A stretch of 64,000 nucleotides of DNA from Raillietiella orientalis. Lineage: Eukaryota. Position numbers and translations under genes: made by a program. Shown here one piece after another: positions 13,200-25,720 of this stretch. The stretch's first letter is position 1, and every line of letters starts with the position of its first letter. The notes below the pieces were generated by a model, which had not been told where the DNA came from, did no database searches, and saw nothing but the letters and a program-made list of their open reading frames with translations. The stretch spans positions 930,001 through 994,000 of the forward strand of contig JAYWIR010000004.1 of assembly GCA_036172245.1 (NCBI GenBank), given 5' to 3'.

Positions 13200-16100
13200 A
13201 GATGCTATAAATCCGAGGTGTATGGTTTCCCCTCGATTCTGTTGTAGGAAACGGCCGACTACAGAGAAGACTCGTCGGGATGATGTTCAGCAAAGCCAAT
13301 TTGGCTCGAAGAGGTTCTCAAAGAGGAAGCATTCTGTTTGCTTCATCCACTTGTTTGCTCCCCAGGCATTTTCACATGAGAAGACTCGTCTGACCCCTGA
13401 GAATTCCATGTCCTTTGATCCTCAGTTCAACTTATAAATCAGCGAAGCTGAACCTGGAGATCGGCACCCGCAGGTCAGATGCCCCGAGCCCAATCTTGGA
13501 AAGACAAAAGGCATTTTGCACGAGTAAGCACGGTGTTCCTGAGCAAGCTTCTTATTTGGACCAGCCGAAGGCTTGGATGAGACCTCATACCAGCCGAAGG
13601 ATGAGAGATGAAGCGCCAATGTTAAGCACGTGAGACTCTCAGGTCACAGAACATATCCTCTTCTTTGGGAAGCTTGAGGCTCTGTGGTGGGGTCCTTCGG
13701 ATATCGGGCTTACGATTCACTAGATGTCGAAAAAGTCTCAGTGATTCAAGAGCTGTCTGGTGAACCACTTCACTTTTTGACAAACTCCTGATCATGCCAC
13801 AGACCTCATTCCATGCCCTTTTGAGTCAAGGATGGTTCGAGGAAGCATAGTCTATCAAACTCTGTTCCCTTTCCAGGATAGCAATGTCAGAGTTTTTCTC
13901 CCTCTATGCTCAGAATACGAAGCGTTTCTTTTCTCCGCTTACCCACCAATGCTGTTGTTTCCGGTACAATGTTCTTGACCGTTGTCTTCGCTGACCATTC
14001 GCAAAGTGAGACCATTTATTTTTACTTTCGATATGGAAAAATGGAAGCACTTGAACTCCATCAGACTCCATTAGACTTCCATCTCATGGAAGGAAACAGT
14101 TGGTCTCGTATACCTCTCTCCTTATTTTAATATTCATTCCTCATAGCCATTTCATCATCATCATTAATTCTCCTTCTGATCTTAAGATTAAAATATGAAT
14201 TAACACCAGAGCTATCTTATGAATATTCTAGGAATAATTCCAAGAAACATGAGGTCATTGCACAGTTTGTTTCGACCTAACCTTTAGCCTCTGTCGTCTC
14301 CAAATAACTATTTAAATTTTAAATCATAACTGATTAATCACCGGCCAACTTCGCAGAGATGTTAGTCAACATAGAATTGAAAGTTTTATTTCTTTCGGAT
14401 CCTAGAATTAACCATCCTTAGATCAAACTTTTTTAACATATTACTAGACTTTTTATCCTATTCTGTAACTTTAACCCCTATTAAACTAAAGTGACCCATC
14501 TTGAACAACATAACAAAAAGTATGTTATAGAATATTTCTTCACTAACTTATCTTAAGTAATCCTCTCTTTCCGATCATATCGGCTACTCCAATACACAGT
14601 ACCACGTTCTTCGCGAGTTCTTGAGGGAGGAGCGGAGCCTCGCACTTTGCAGAGTGCGTACGCTTCGCATGTCTTCGCATGTCATGTTCGTCTTCCTGCA
14701 CTGCTTGGAGTAGCAGTGGGGTCGCAGCCGAGAGGGCGGGGGGGCTTTCAGAGGGAAGGGTGGAAGCGTCAATGTAACTGGATATGGGAGCAATTCGATT
14801 TATCTGCACCACAGAATGACGTAGAGAGTGAGATAAGTAGTCAAGACTCACCGCCTTCGCTCATCCGATCAACGTAAGCAGACTTGCGGTGAGAAGAAAG
14901 GTGATCGTATTAACCGTTTCCGGATGAATGACCGTTGTTCAGAACGCGATGTAACTCTCGTCTCGGAACAGAAATAAACAAGAAAGAAAAAAAAATAAGA
15001 AAACTCTGGTCCTTGTTGGTTGCATATCTTTCACCGTAGATTTGATTCTCTGGAGTTTTCACAAATCAATATGAGCACCAGATAGGCATCACAGCTAATA
15101 TCCCATTCCATAAATCCATTAAACGTAAGCCCCAGGACTGCTCCGCACAAAATCCACACTGATGCTGGCAACTCCTATAAGCAGCTGGCATGCTACGCTT
15201 TCGGAGGGGAGATCAATGTATCCTTGGAAGGAGATACATCTTAATGAAAAGCAGCGCTTTCCTTGGGAAAATGACGATTATTCGATCCTGAAGTTCCAAG
15301 ATAAACTGCATTTCGCTACTCGTGTCTTGAGATGCACTTGCGGGATCATCATTCGTTGTCAAGTTCTGTGCTCTTTCACATGATTTCGCTGATCTGAGGA
15401 AGATGAGATCAAATTTTCATGCGTTGCAAAATCTCAACAAAGAGGAAACTATCGAAAGAGCAAAATGACATTGAAATTTTGGAACTTCTTGGAATTTTCT
15501 TGGATCCTTTTTGTTTATTTTCCAGCCTTCCACATCACCTGTACATCAAGAAGAACTGATTATTTGCCTCACTTAGAATTAAAAGCTACAGTGAGCTCCT
15601 CAAGGTCAAAGGTGTCATCTCAGCTGCAAACAGATAGTGAGTTTGCAGACGTGCAGTTTGAGTGCTCCTTTCCCTTTCCTACCTTAACAAAAAAATTTTA
15701 AAAAACAAGAGAGATAAACACCCATCCGACAACGCAAACTCCTCAGCATTTCATTCATCAAGCAATGTCTTCTTCACTTCCTTCTGTTCAGGCTCAAGAT
15801 GCTGCGGTTTGACCGCAGTGCTCTTAAAGCTGAAGCTTTCAAATATCGTGTTCCTCACCCAAGAACTAAAGAACAGGAAGAGAGCTCCTCATCATGGTAC
15901 AGACGAAGTTTTTGACTTGAGGTATTCGACACGGAACACTTTGCAAGAATCCGCTTTCGAGTTTTCCCGCAGAGAGGGATTCTTGAGCTCACGAGAACAT
16001 TCCTAGAAGACAATCTGCAGGCAAACTACTCAGTGATTCGAAAAAAAAAATTTCCAAGTGACGTTGCTTCCTGAAAATTCCCCGAAATTTTGAGGAAGGA

Positions 16101-16250
16101 GAGGCTCTTCGGTTTTTCTAATGCGACTCCAGGGATTTTCCTCTTTCAACCTGCATCTCACAGAGTGAAAGGGGCGTTTTTTTTTCAGTTAGCTTCATAT
16201 GGTAAGAGCTGTCTCTGAAAGGGAAAGTCGCTAAGGCTGGAGAAACTAAA
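13200..16250 (-). mobile_element. Decayed non-LTR retrotransposon relic interrupted by an AT-rich insertion (~14130-14575)
   Basis: ORF1-like 'FLRSAKSCERAQNLTTNDDP' (~15350-15400), followed downstream by the endonuclease motif 'SLIDYAS' (~13845-13860). Confidence 0.4.
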
Positions 16251-16282
16251 ACAGTTTGCAAATGCGAAAACAATATGTCGCT

Positions 16283-16366
16283 AACCACTGAACTCGAGCT
16301 GGTGCAAGCCGTACATCTCAGATGCCACTGACATGTATGGCTTGCACCAGCTCGAGTTCAGTGGTT
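16283..16366. repeat. 84-nt near-perfect inverted repeat (39-bp arms, 6-nt loop)
   Basis: aaccactgaactcgagctggtgcaagccgtacatctcag-atgcca-ctgacatgtatggcttgcaccagctcgagttcagtggtt. Of the 39 positions, 37 are Watson-Crick, one is G-T (a wobble on the + strand) and one is a C-C mismatch. Confidence 0.95.
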
Positions 16367-17709
16367 GCATCTTGTGCATGTATACTTTGGTCTCTCATGA
16401 CAGCAACATGGAGCACGTAAGGAAAAGGAGGAGCAGTTTAGAAAGTATACAGAATGATGGTAATGCTTGAGAGATTCTCTGCTTGGGAATGCGTTTACAA
16501 AATAGCCCAGGGGTTGGAATGTGGAAGCATCGTATCGGTATATGAGGTACTGAAGAGCAAAGCCTTCCTCGCAATGGTGAACAAATACGCGGCATTTCAA
16601 CGGCACTTGTTTTTATTTGGGAGATTTCTTTTGGGCAGAGCATCAGTAATCTGGAGAGCGTCTTAAAAAAAATTGCCTCTGTGAACCTTGCAGTGATTGT
16701 GCGACTGTTTCGTACTCAGACGCAGCATCCACGAAATTTCATACAGAAGGACACTTGATGTTCTTTGAAGAAATTGCAAATTTGGTTTTTCTCCCTAGAC
16801 ATAAACGGTGTTCTTGCTGCTAAAGATAATGTTTTCATCCCCGAAAAGAAATGACGGACTTGACATCCTGGCGTTGAAGAAATAAAGTTCACAATCTATC
16901 TGAAGATTATGGTCTTGATTGCCGAAAACTGGACATAGAAATGGTTTCTTATCACGAGCGTCATCCTTCGTCTCGTAATCGGCTTCTAAGGATTGGTATT
17001 CCTGCTTCTCCACAAGAGTAATGTTTTGAGGCATCCTGTCCTTTCCCTCGAACAAAATTACCAGGCTCTTCAAACTTCCCTGTCCATTTTCTACAACCCC
17101 AGAATCTGTGGCAGGGACTCGAGAGTCAGTAGCACCTGTAGCAAGCATCCTTCCGTATTTGGTTTTTTCCTTCTATCATTTCAGAAAGCTCTTCTTGAAG
17201 GGGATCCTACTAAGCCCCAAAACGTGGACCCCAGTCAGCTCCCTCCCCTTGACTGCAGTGCCGCCCTGGAAGTTTACCAACCTGAGGGAAGGAGTTTTTT
17301 TTTCATATCAGGAGTAAGGGAGCTCTTAGGCAGCTGGTCGGAACCGCAATCCTCAATGAGCACGTGGAAAGTCTGCGCCTTTTAGTAGAACCTCCACGCC
17401 TTCCCTCTACCCACTGGGCCCTCTCATGCACATTTGGACAACTCTGTGCCCCATTCCGAGTGGCAGTTCACGGTGCTACTCTCCAGCTTCGACGAATGCT
17501 GGGGCCTCGTAACGAAAAGGGGATGCCCGAGCTATTTCAGATGTGAGGAAGTCAAATCATCTCCTCGACCTTTCTGGACTGCAGGAGTTTCCATAGCATC
17601 TGACAACGACCTGCAAACAACTAGTTGCTTCTACCGCCCTCTTCCTTATTCTTATCATTTGTTTTACCCACTCGGTCTCCGTTCCAGCCTTTTGTTTTTG
17701 TTTTTTTTT

Positions 17710-17759
17710 AAAAAAAAGGCCAGTAGCGACCCCCACGAGGAGATCGTTACTATTGGCCT
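17710..17759 (-). other. Hairpin followed by T8 run on the minus strand
   Basis: Minus strand reads aggcca-ata-gta-a-cgatctcc-tcgt-gggggtcg-c-tac-tggcct then a T run. Two G-U pairs work only on the minus strand. Confidence 0.55.
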
Positions 17760-17818
17760 AGGATGATGGAAATCCTTGGGTTTTTCTTTTTCTTCTGTTT
17801 TCACTGTTTTCCTTCCAG

Positions 17819-18345
17819 TTTTTTTTTTTTTTTTAAGAGTTTTCTTTTTTTTTTGGTTCGCTAAGTACCTCAGAGCCGGACGCGTGTCTCGCGGCGCACA
17901 TGACTCCTTTTAAACATTAAACACACCTTTTGTTTCCACGCCCCTCCGACCGTGGCAACCCGCAGGGGGACGTGTAATTCTTCAGTGTAATTCTTCAGGA
18001 TAGGGGGCACCCCGGGATGGGGGTCCGCCCTATGAATCCAGGAAAGGCTCGGAGTCCGTTCCTCTCACGCTTGGGGAGGGATCCCCCCGGACGGGGGGGA
18101 TCTCACCTCCCACCCTGGTTGTCTCCGAAGGGGAACCCCGAAGGGAATCTCTCCTTCCTCATTCTCTCCGGAGGGACACCCCCCCTTGCGGGGTGGTGGT
18201 CCTCTCCATTTCAACTTCTCCGAAGGGAACCCGGAAAGGATCCGCTTGTAGGAATTTCTTCCCCGGAGGGAAGCCGCAAGGGAACCGCTCCTTGTTCACT
18301 CCTCTGAAGTGAACTCCGAAGGGTCGCTTCCGAAAGAAGCCTTTT
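17819..18345 (-). mobile_element. GC-rich, hairpin-dense, poly(A)-tailed segment (candidate SINE or 3' UTR of a 5'-truncated retroelement)
   Basis: Abrupt GC-rich block bounded by T tracts at 17819-17854 (A tail on the minus strand). Hairpins at 18080-18102, 18258-18273, 18294-18314 and 18326-18340. Six ccgRag motifs (cUYCGg on minus). 13-bp tandem duplication gtgtaattcttca at 17972-17997. Confidence 0.45.
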
Positions 18346-18549
18346 GTTGCAGTCGGCCGACCTGCATGCTGGTCGCTCAGCATCCCTTATTGGGTACTCG
18401 GTGTTGCGTAGCAGCAAGCTCCTTGCTCTGCATGTTGATGGCAAATAAACTCCCTGCATGCCAAGTAAAGAATCCCAGATAATCCCGAAGTATCAGTGAA
18501 TCGGATCATCAGGATGTCATTTGAGTACAGAGGCCTAAGTCCATCATGG

Positions 18550-21450
18550 CTGCTTATGTATAAGAGAAGATACCAATCTTCTCTTTCTTTTGTAAAAGAG
18601 CACTTATGATGTAGAGTGACGTCCAGACATGCCTACGTAACCGGAAGTCTGGAAGCACTAATGAGAAATTCCTGTGTCTTAGAAACGACTGCTACAGCCT
18701 GCTCGTGCAAGGTCATTAAGACCGAAACCATGAAGGTTTTGTTGATATCCTCATCCCGATCCCACACCACTCTGAACAGAAATGGAGGTGGCACGGTAAA
18801 AAAGGGTGCATCCTATTCTTCAGTGGAAGGGAGAAAGGCTACTATAGTACTTGCTAATGAATTTTTTCCTCAAGAAACACTTAAGGAAGGTGTGTCGTTC
18901 CGGAAAAAACCTGAAAGCACACTGGTCACCTTCCAAGCCGATCACGAACGGAGGGATACACCACTGGAAAAAAGTGGACGGTCACAAGGTTCGCAAGGTT
19001 CCCACGAGAAAGGACTGGTTCTGGGAAGTGAAAGTGTTGGCGCACCTATGGATGTATGCCGCAGAGCGTTCTCTCGCTTCCTGACTAGAGGGCTCTGGAA
19101 TCGCGTGGATGAAAGGGCATCGCCTCCGATGAATGAGTGTGAACAACAACGAGAGGGAACTTCGTTCTGCAACCTTATGCCTGCATCAGACTAACTCTGA
19201 AGGTCAATCAGTGGCCGCTCCCTCTGCACTAATTAAAAGACTTTCACTGCTGGATGGCTGACATTGAATCAGCCCACACCTCCGAGATTTCTGAGTTCAA
19301 GACTCTGGGAGCATGGAAATCCAATGGAATACTTAGTGACTTCATTTCTTAGATCGTTCTTAGGGAAGCGGTGGTCCATGCCTTGAGGAAGAATCCGCTC
19401 TCCCTGAGGAGTGATCATTAGCACTGCTTCGAAAAATCTGGGCAGTGACACTCCCGGTTCCGTCGTTAGCATTTAGGTGCTTCAAAATCCCTCCGTTTTC
19501 GAATTCCCTGCTTCCCTTCCTTTTGAAAAGATGGAAGAAATCTACCAGGAACAGGGGTACAAAAACATGGGAACTGCAGCTGAGATAAAATTCCGTTCTC
19601 CGACCTCGGGCAGAAGTCTATCTCTCTAAGTATGCTACGGCCTACTAGGCGAAGAATTCTGAATTGAGAGCACTCGATATTACCTTCACAGAACGCATCT
19701 ATAGAAAACAGCAAAGGATTCTGCCAAGATTGCGGGAAGATGTGATGATGAATTTCTAAAGAGATGACAGCAAGTCGAGGTATGCGCTTCAAGGAAATTG
19801 AATTTCTTGAAAGGGAGCGAAAATCTCTTTTTTTTCTTCCCGGTCTCTTTTTGTTGTGGAATCCAGAAGATGGAGCAAGAGGAATAATCCAAAATCAGAC
19901 GATCAGAAGACAAAGTGCCTTCTTTTTCTCCTCTAAAGCAGCCTGAAACCAAAGGCTTGCGGACTCCTGCCTAGATCCGAGGACCTCATAAGCAATGGCA
20001 GTTACCAACAGGCACGGTAGGTCTCTGTTTTATCATCATAGCAGAAACATTCGCAGAAAATTTTTCGTGAGGGGCACAAAATGTCGCAGAAGATGATCTC
20101 TAATTTTTGCAGTTTGCACTTGATGGATTACAGGGAAGACCAAGTTCCCAGAGAAATGCTATTTTTGTTTTTTATTCGCATCTGAAAAGTTGGGTCCATA
20201 TTTTCGTTCGAATCTGCACGCCTGAAATCTCTCCGAGAAGCGCTGAATTTGCCAAAGTTAGGAATTCTTAGAAGGCGTTGGCCCACTGGCGGAAACCATG
20301 AACTGTTTTCAAGACATGCACTACAATGGCAATGTCACAGCTGTTAGCACAGCCGGTCCATCTCTCGGGAGCTCTAGCTGAATCTCCAGGATGTGGAACC
20401 AGCATTCTCTCCGTTTGAAGTCTGCGGAATCTTAATCATTTCGATTCTCTACATAAGATAAGATTCAGAAGATTGAGCGCATACTATCCTCCAGACCCTC
20501 TGCGATGCTGAGCAATTTCCGAGGAGATACTCCTGAGCATCTCGGATTGCTTCCCTCTCAAGAGACGCCTTTCATGTTCACAGGTCTCCATCTCTCTGAA
20601 GCGCCTTTGAATAAGCATGGGGAGACTCTATCCTCCGGAATCAGCATTTTTTGCTGAGATGCAAACTCTCAATCCTGTGTACAGGACAAGTGAGAAGAAG
20701 AACACTTCCTGCTTTGCCTTCCTCCGGAATCCAGATTGTGCCAGAGGGTCCAACCACACAAGAGCAAGTTTGCTTTAGGGAAGCAGCCGATTGCCTCTTC
20801 CGAAGTATTTCCTCTCGTGCATCATGCCATCGCTTGAAGTGTGCTACGACGACCGCTCGTGAGTTGCATCCCACTGTGTGCGGTTGCAGAAAAGGTCACC
20901 TACTGAGTAATAAGAGTGATGATAACAGCAACACCATGGAATACATGTACGCTCGCAACAAAATTGAGTTCATTTATGTACACTGATAGAATATTTGCAT
21001 TGAAAATCCATATGTATTTTTTCTAATCTGAGCTGCGCTTAATGCCTTTCTGACCACGTGATAACTCTGCCTAAGATCGAGTGACTGATGATCTTGATTC
21101 TGTCAAGCTTCTCAGGATGTGCTGAAAAGATCGAATCGTCTCTCCGTAACACCAAATTATTTTCCATTCTCTCCTGGAAGGGGTTCCACCTCGCATTTGT
21201 GACCATCTAAAGATTCATTTTCGTTCAGCTTGTCTTGACGTCTCTGAAGTGCATTAGAGGCGGTTCCATGGATCATCCAGTGAGTCCTCATTTATCTCGT
21301 GCATAATTCAGAACGCTCCTCCCTGCATCGTCTTCCTGAACAAGAGTTCACTTCGTATTTCCGGTGCAGTTTCATCCTCACCTGTCATGTCGATGTTGGA
21401 TTACAGCGAAGGACGAGTAGCATGAAATCAGACAGCAGCTGATTAGCGGA
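18550..21450 (-). mobile_element. Decayed non-LTR retrotransposon relic
   Basis: 'EPGVSLPRFFEAVL...LPQGMDHRFPKNDLRNEVTKYSIGFPC' (APG.DG / P.EW / NYR.ISL region, 19269-19472), followed by 'SFIGGDALSSTR' (AF.DF.KAFD region, ~19110). Confidence 0.45.
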
Positions 21451-21549
21451 TCTCGAGATGCTTCACAACATCCCCTCACACTCAACTCTACCACTTTTTT
21501 CCATGTAATAAATATTGTCTTTTTCAGAGAGTAATCAGATTTCCCGTGC

Positions 21550-24500
21550 TCCCTCGCCGGGGAACAGAATCAAAACCCATTCCACAGCTTCTTTCTGGAT
21601 GTGAGGACCATTTGATTTATTATCCGTACCGCAGCACGCTCAGATGATCGCGTTCTGCAAAATTGGCGAAGGTCTCTCTTATTCATGTATTCACAGATCG
21701 AAACGCCAACAGTGTCGAACTCCATGTGGGTCACACGTACATCGTAATGCCCTGCACCGGGGATGTGGGGACGCTCCACGATTAGTATTTTCTCGCGAAA
21801 CGCTTGAATGGGTTCCCCGTTTAACTTCTTCCTTCAGCTCAATGGAGAGCGCATCCGCTTGTCCGTGTACGCTTTTGACTGTCCGTGTCCAAGGCCTCGT
21901 GTCCTTATCTGTGTACGCTTGTTGATTCTCACTATCGGTGTCGTAAAGCATCTTTGGTTTGTTTACCGACGCATCTCGTTCATCCTCTTTGCGAGCGGAG
22001 TTCCATCTCCTTATGAAAGAGGGAGAAGCGCCCACAGTTCTGAAATGCACACAGCGTGCTTTTTTGCTACTGAGGATCTTTTCTGTGCGGAGATCACTAC
22101 CAGCCGATATTTTGCTTCCCTTTCGAGGTTAGGAAGTTCCCGGATATCTTCTGGGCAGCAATTTGTTACTTAGCATCCCCTTTCTGGAGAGCGAAATATG
22201 CGGAGCATAAAATTGGGGGAGCGGTTGAAGCCAATTATTACGTCGTAATGCGGCATTACGAAGCTGCGAAAGAAATGCTCTTACTTTCCTGTTTTCCATT
22301 GGTCCTCAAGTGATTATCCCCAGATCACTTTCAGAATAAAGTTTTAATGATAGGGTTGGGCGATAAGTGGGTCGTAAAAACTCGGAAAGGCGCAAAGAAC
22401 TGATCTTTCTACTCTTCATTTCCACACAAGTTTCTCATTTCCAGTCCTCGCAGAGGATGAGGACATTGTGGACGCACTTGCGGTTATCCAGGAAATCCTT
22501 ATTTGTTGCGGGGCTCTATCGGACATACGTAAACACTTCCGGAAGTCTTCCTTTTGCATCCAAAAAACAGAAAAATTAGATCGTTCTTGTTTGGAGGGAA
22601 GAGATGCAAGCAAGAACCATTCATTTCAAATATTTTTGTCTTTCACTCACGTTTTCGTATGCCATGCTTTTCAGGAAGATCGTAGTTGCAGATGTAATTG
22701 TGTAGTTATTGATACCATTCAGCTTGCACTGCTAAGACACAGTATTGTCCCAGGCTCTTGTTAGGGTGATTTCCAGAAATTGATGGTCGGTGGCATTGCA
22801 TCCCTGAAATAGTCACCATGGGTAGAGAATCTTTCCCTATTGATAGCAAGAAAGAAGGAAAAGTCCGAACTCCATTCGTCCAGAAACGACTGTTACCAAA
22901 ATTTTGAGGATTTAGAAAAAGGAATTCTATGCCACCGCTTTTCTGGCTCTAATGTAGGATGGTTCCCAGTAGGATCCTTTTTACCTTGATTCGAACATGG
23001 AAATTACAATCCCCTGCTCGGCAACTTCTTACCATTTATTCCCCTCGATGCTGATCTTAATAACGCAGCTTAGGCGTGTGCTTAGCTATCCGCCTTCTAC
23101 CTGTGAAGGACACTGAAGTAGGTGGTTATCAGAGCATCGTTTCAGTGTTGGGTAACTAGCAAACAACAAACTATGCACTTTCCTTCTTGGCAGCTTCTGA
23201 AGCTGCTCCCTCCACATCCTGAAAGCAACTCGCGAGTTTCTCTGATAGCAATTAAGAATTGAATTCTTTCTGTGATTCTTATTGCAAAGAACGAAGAATC
23301 CGGCAAATGATAAAAAGGTAGAATTCTACGCAGTCCAACTAATCCTCTCGATCTGTTCAGAGATGGTAAGGCGTTCACAAGTCAGCACATGAATGAAGCA
23401 ATCTGTGGCATAGATATTGCACTCCTCGCTGAGAGACTTCGAGAATCTCCATTAGCATTTCTGGACGAGGGGGCCTCACAAGGATGACCTGCGTGTCTCC
23501 GCGTTTCCGTCACGAAGCAACCGTGTCACAGGGATGCGGGTCCCCATTTCTGTGTGCTCATTCTCGGGGAGAAGTAAACGACGTGGCAACACTGGCTGAA
23601 AAGACCCTAACCGAAACCGGACGTTTCGATGCAACTGATCAAGAAGGATTGTCCAGATGCATTCTGCCTGTGGACTCAGTGTTCACTTCAAATGGACCTG
23701 CACCTCTTCTGATGGAGAGGTTGGAGGTTAAAGCTGGTTGGTTCTCCGAAGACATGTCTATTTCCCTGGATAGGTTTCCGGGGCTACAGCTCTGTATGGA
23801 GCTGTGGACTTGACGGGAACGATGGGTCTCAAAGGGACAATGAATATTCCAGATACTCGGCGATAGGTGCGAGAAGAGCTACGAGAGGGATTGCTTACTC
23901 GAGACTCCCTTCAGTCTGCAGCCCAGGAGAGCTACGATTTTTCTTTGTTCTGCCCTCGGAGAAGAAAACGCCGCTTTTTCAGGGCCTGCCAAATTTCTGC
24001 GTCCTCACGCTCTCCTAGCTTCTGGAAGCTGCTTAGACTGTGACGTCTATTTCCTTTTCTCTGCCCCACAATGGATCGGCTTTTTGCAGGCAAAGGGGTC
24101 ATTTGGTTTTTGAGACGTGAAGTGGAAGGAAGTAGACAACCACTTAGGATGCCGGCGGAAAGGGTAGATTATAAGGTCCATCGAGAGCAGGGCAAGGAGG
24201 AATGAGGGAAGGATATCTGTGAACCCTTGAACCTGTGAATCCTCAGCTTTTGTTTTCCATGAACACGTACGGCTGAAGAGCAGGAACTACCTCTTAGACA
24301 CTCTACGTTACAAGGATCTTCTCCACGGGAGAGAGCGGAGCGGAGGCTACCACGTTTCACTGACTGGAGATACTATGATAGCGGGGAGCCATTACTTGCA
24401 GCCTCAAGGAAGCACACCGATGTGGACGGTGCTCACACGTAAGATTCGAGTTCAGATGCGCGTTCTGCAGCGCCCCGAGCAGTTAACCGATTTGCGGGAT

Positions 24501-25150
24501 GTTCCGAAAGATGCCTTCGAGTTGCACCCCTGAGGAGGCCTTGAAAGGTGATCCCCTGGGGGGCTTCCACGGATTCGTCCTTCCTGAGAGTGCCTTCGCT
24601 GCTAAAGTTCCTGATTGCAGTCACTGGGGCAGAGCGGGAAACTGCCCTTGGTTAGCTGCCGTCACACCTCCCCGACAAGTTGGGAATGTACTGGCCGAGT
24701 CCGAGATCGAAAACGTTTCAGAGAATGCGACCCGCAGCACGACCCCGAGAGACACGGATGCGGGATAAGGGATGTCCCTTCGCATTTCCATCCGAAGTGG
24801 CTCTCTCATGCCAGTTACACTCAACTCCATAGCAGCTTGTGTGTCGCGTCAGGGAAAGCGCTCCGCTCGGATGAACATCCGCGATATTCTCTGGAAGAGA
24901 ATGTCCCGGATGTAAGGTCTAGGCTGCTAGGCTGCCTCAGGACTTCATCGCCCAAGCCCGTGAAAAGAGACACGAGAGACACTGTGATGCTTCAGAGACT
25001 TCGGCTTGCGCAACGAAGGATTTCTCCTGCTCCCGACCTCGCAGGTATTTCAGACCCTCAAAGTCCGCTTGCCCAGGGAGGATTGGGAACAAAGAGGAGA
25101 TGCTGGATGAGGTCATGACACCTTCTAGAGGCTGAGCCGACCACCTTTGG
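21550..25150 (+). mobile_element. Decayed non-LTR retrotransposon relic
   Basis: EN-like 'DALAVIQEILI...FCIQKTEKLDRSCLEG' (LQETW ... R..K.GR.SGG; 22468-22600), then 'LLMERLEVKAGWFSEDM' (L...KAPG.DG, ~23720), in the expected order. Confidence 0.5.
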
Positions 25151-25169
25151 GAGCTGGACTTATTGTGGA

Positions 25170-25720
25170 CGGCACCGATAGGGTGTGCGGTGTGGGACGA
25201 ATCTCTGAACTGGGTCTGGTTCAAAATCCCGAACACGGGAGATCCCGATCATAAGAGATCAACACACGTGCTCCTTCTACACAGATTAATAAACACGTGT
25301 ATTGTAACGTACATGGTTATTCACATTTATTAACAGTAATATTACTGAAACGTATGTATTTGTTAATATTTATTAGGATGCATTTTATTAATACAATTAA
25401 TAAGTTGTTGATTACATTATTAATGTGTATGTGAAAGATTATACAAATAAGTATATATGTTCATTATACATATTGATGGATACAGATAATATAAATATAT
25501 ATGTGAATATAAATACTCATTTATATTCACATGTATGTACGTATTTACACTTACATATACGTACATACTTATATTTATATATATATGCACATATTTACAT
25601 TCATATAACTGTGTGTATATATTTATATTTATATACATACGTACATATGTAAATGTGGATACATATTCATTATAGGCATATGAATATAAATATGTCCATA
25701 TCTATATTTACATATATCGA
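25170..25720 (+). mobile_element. AT-rich foldback/MITE-like element, partial copy 2
   Basis: Aligns by eye with the arms of copy 1. Shared strings include gtctggt..aaatcccgaa, gttattca(c/t)atttatta, cagtaatattact, atgcattttattaata and aataagttgttgatta, followed by TA-rich low-complexity DNA. Confidence 0.7.
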
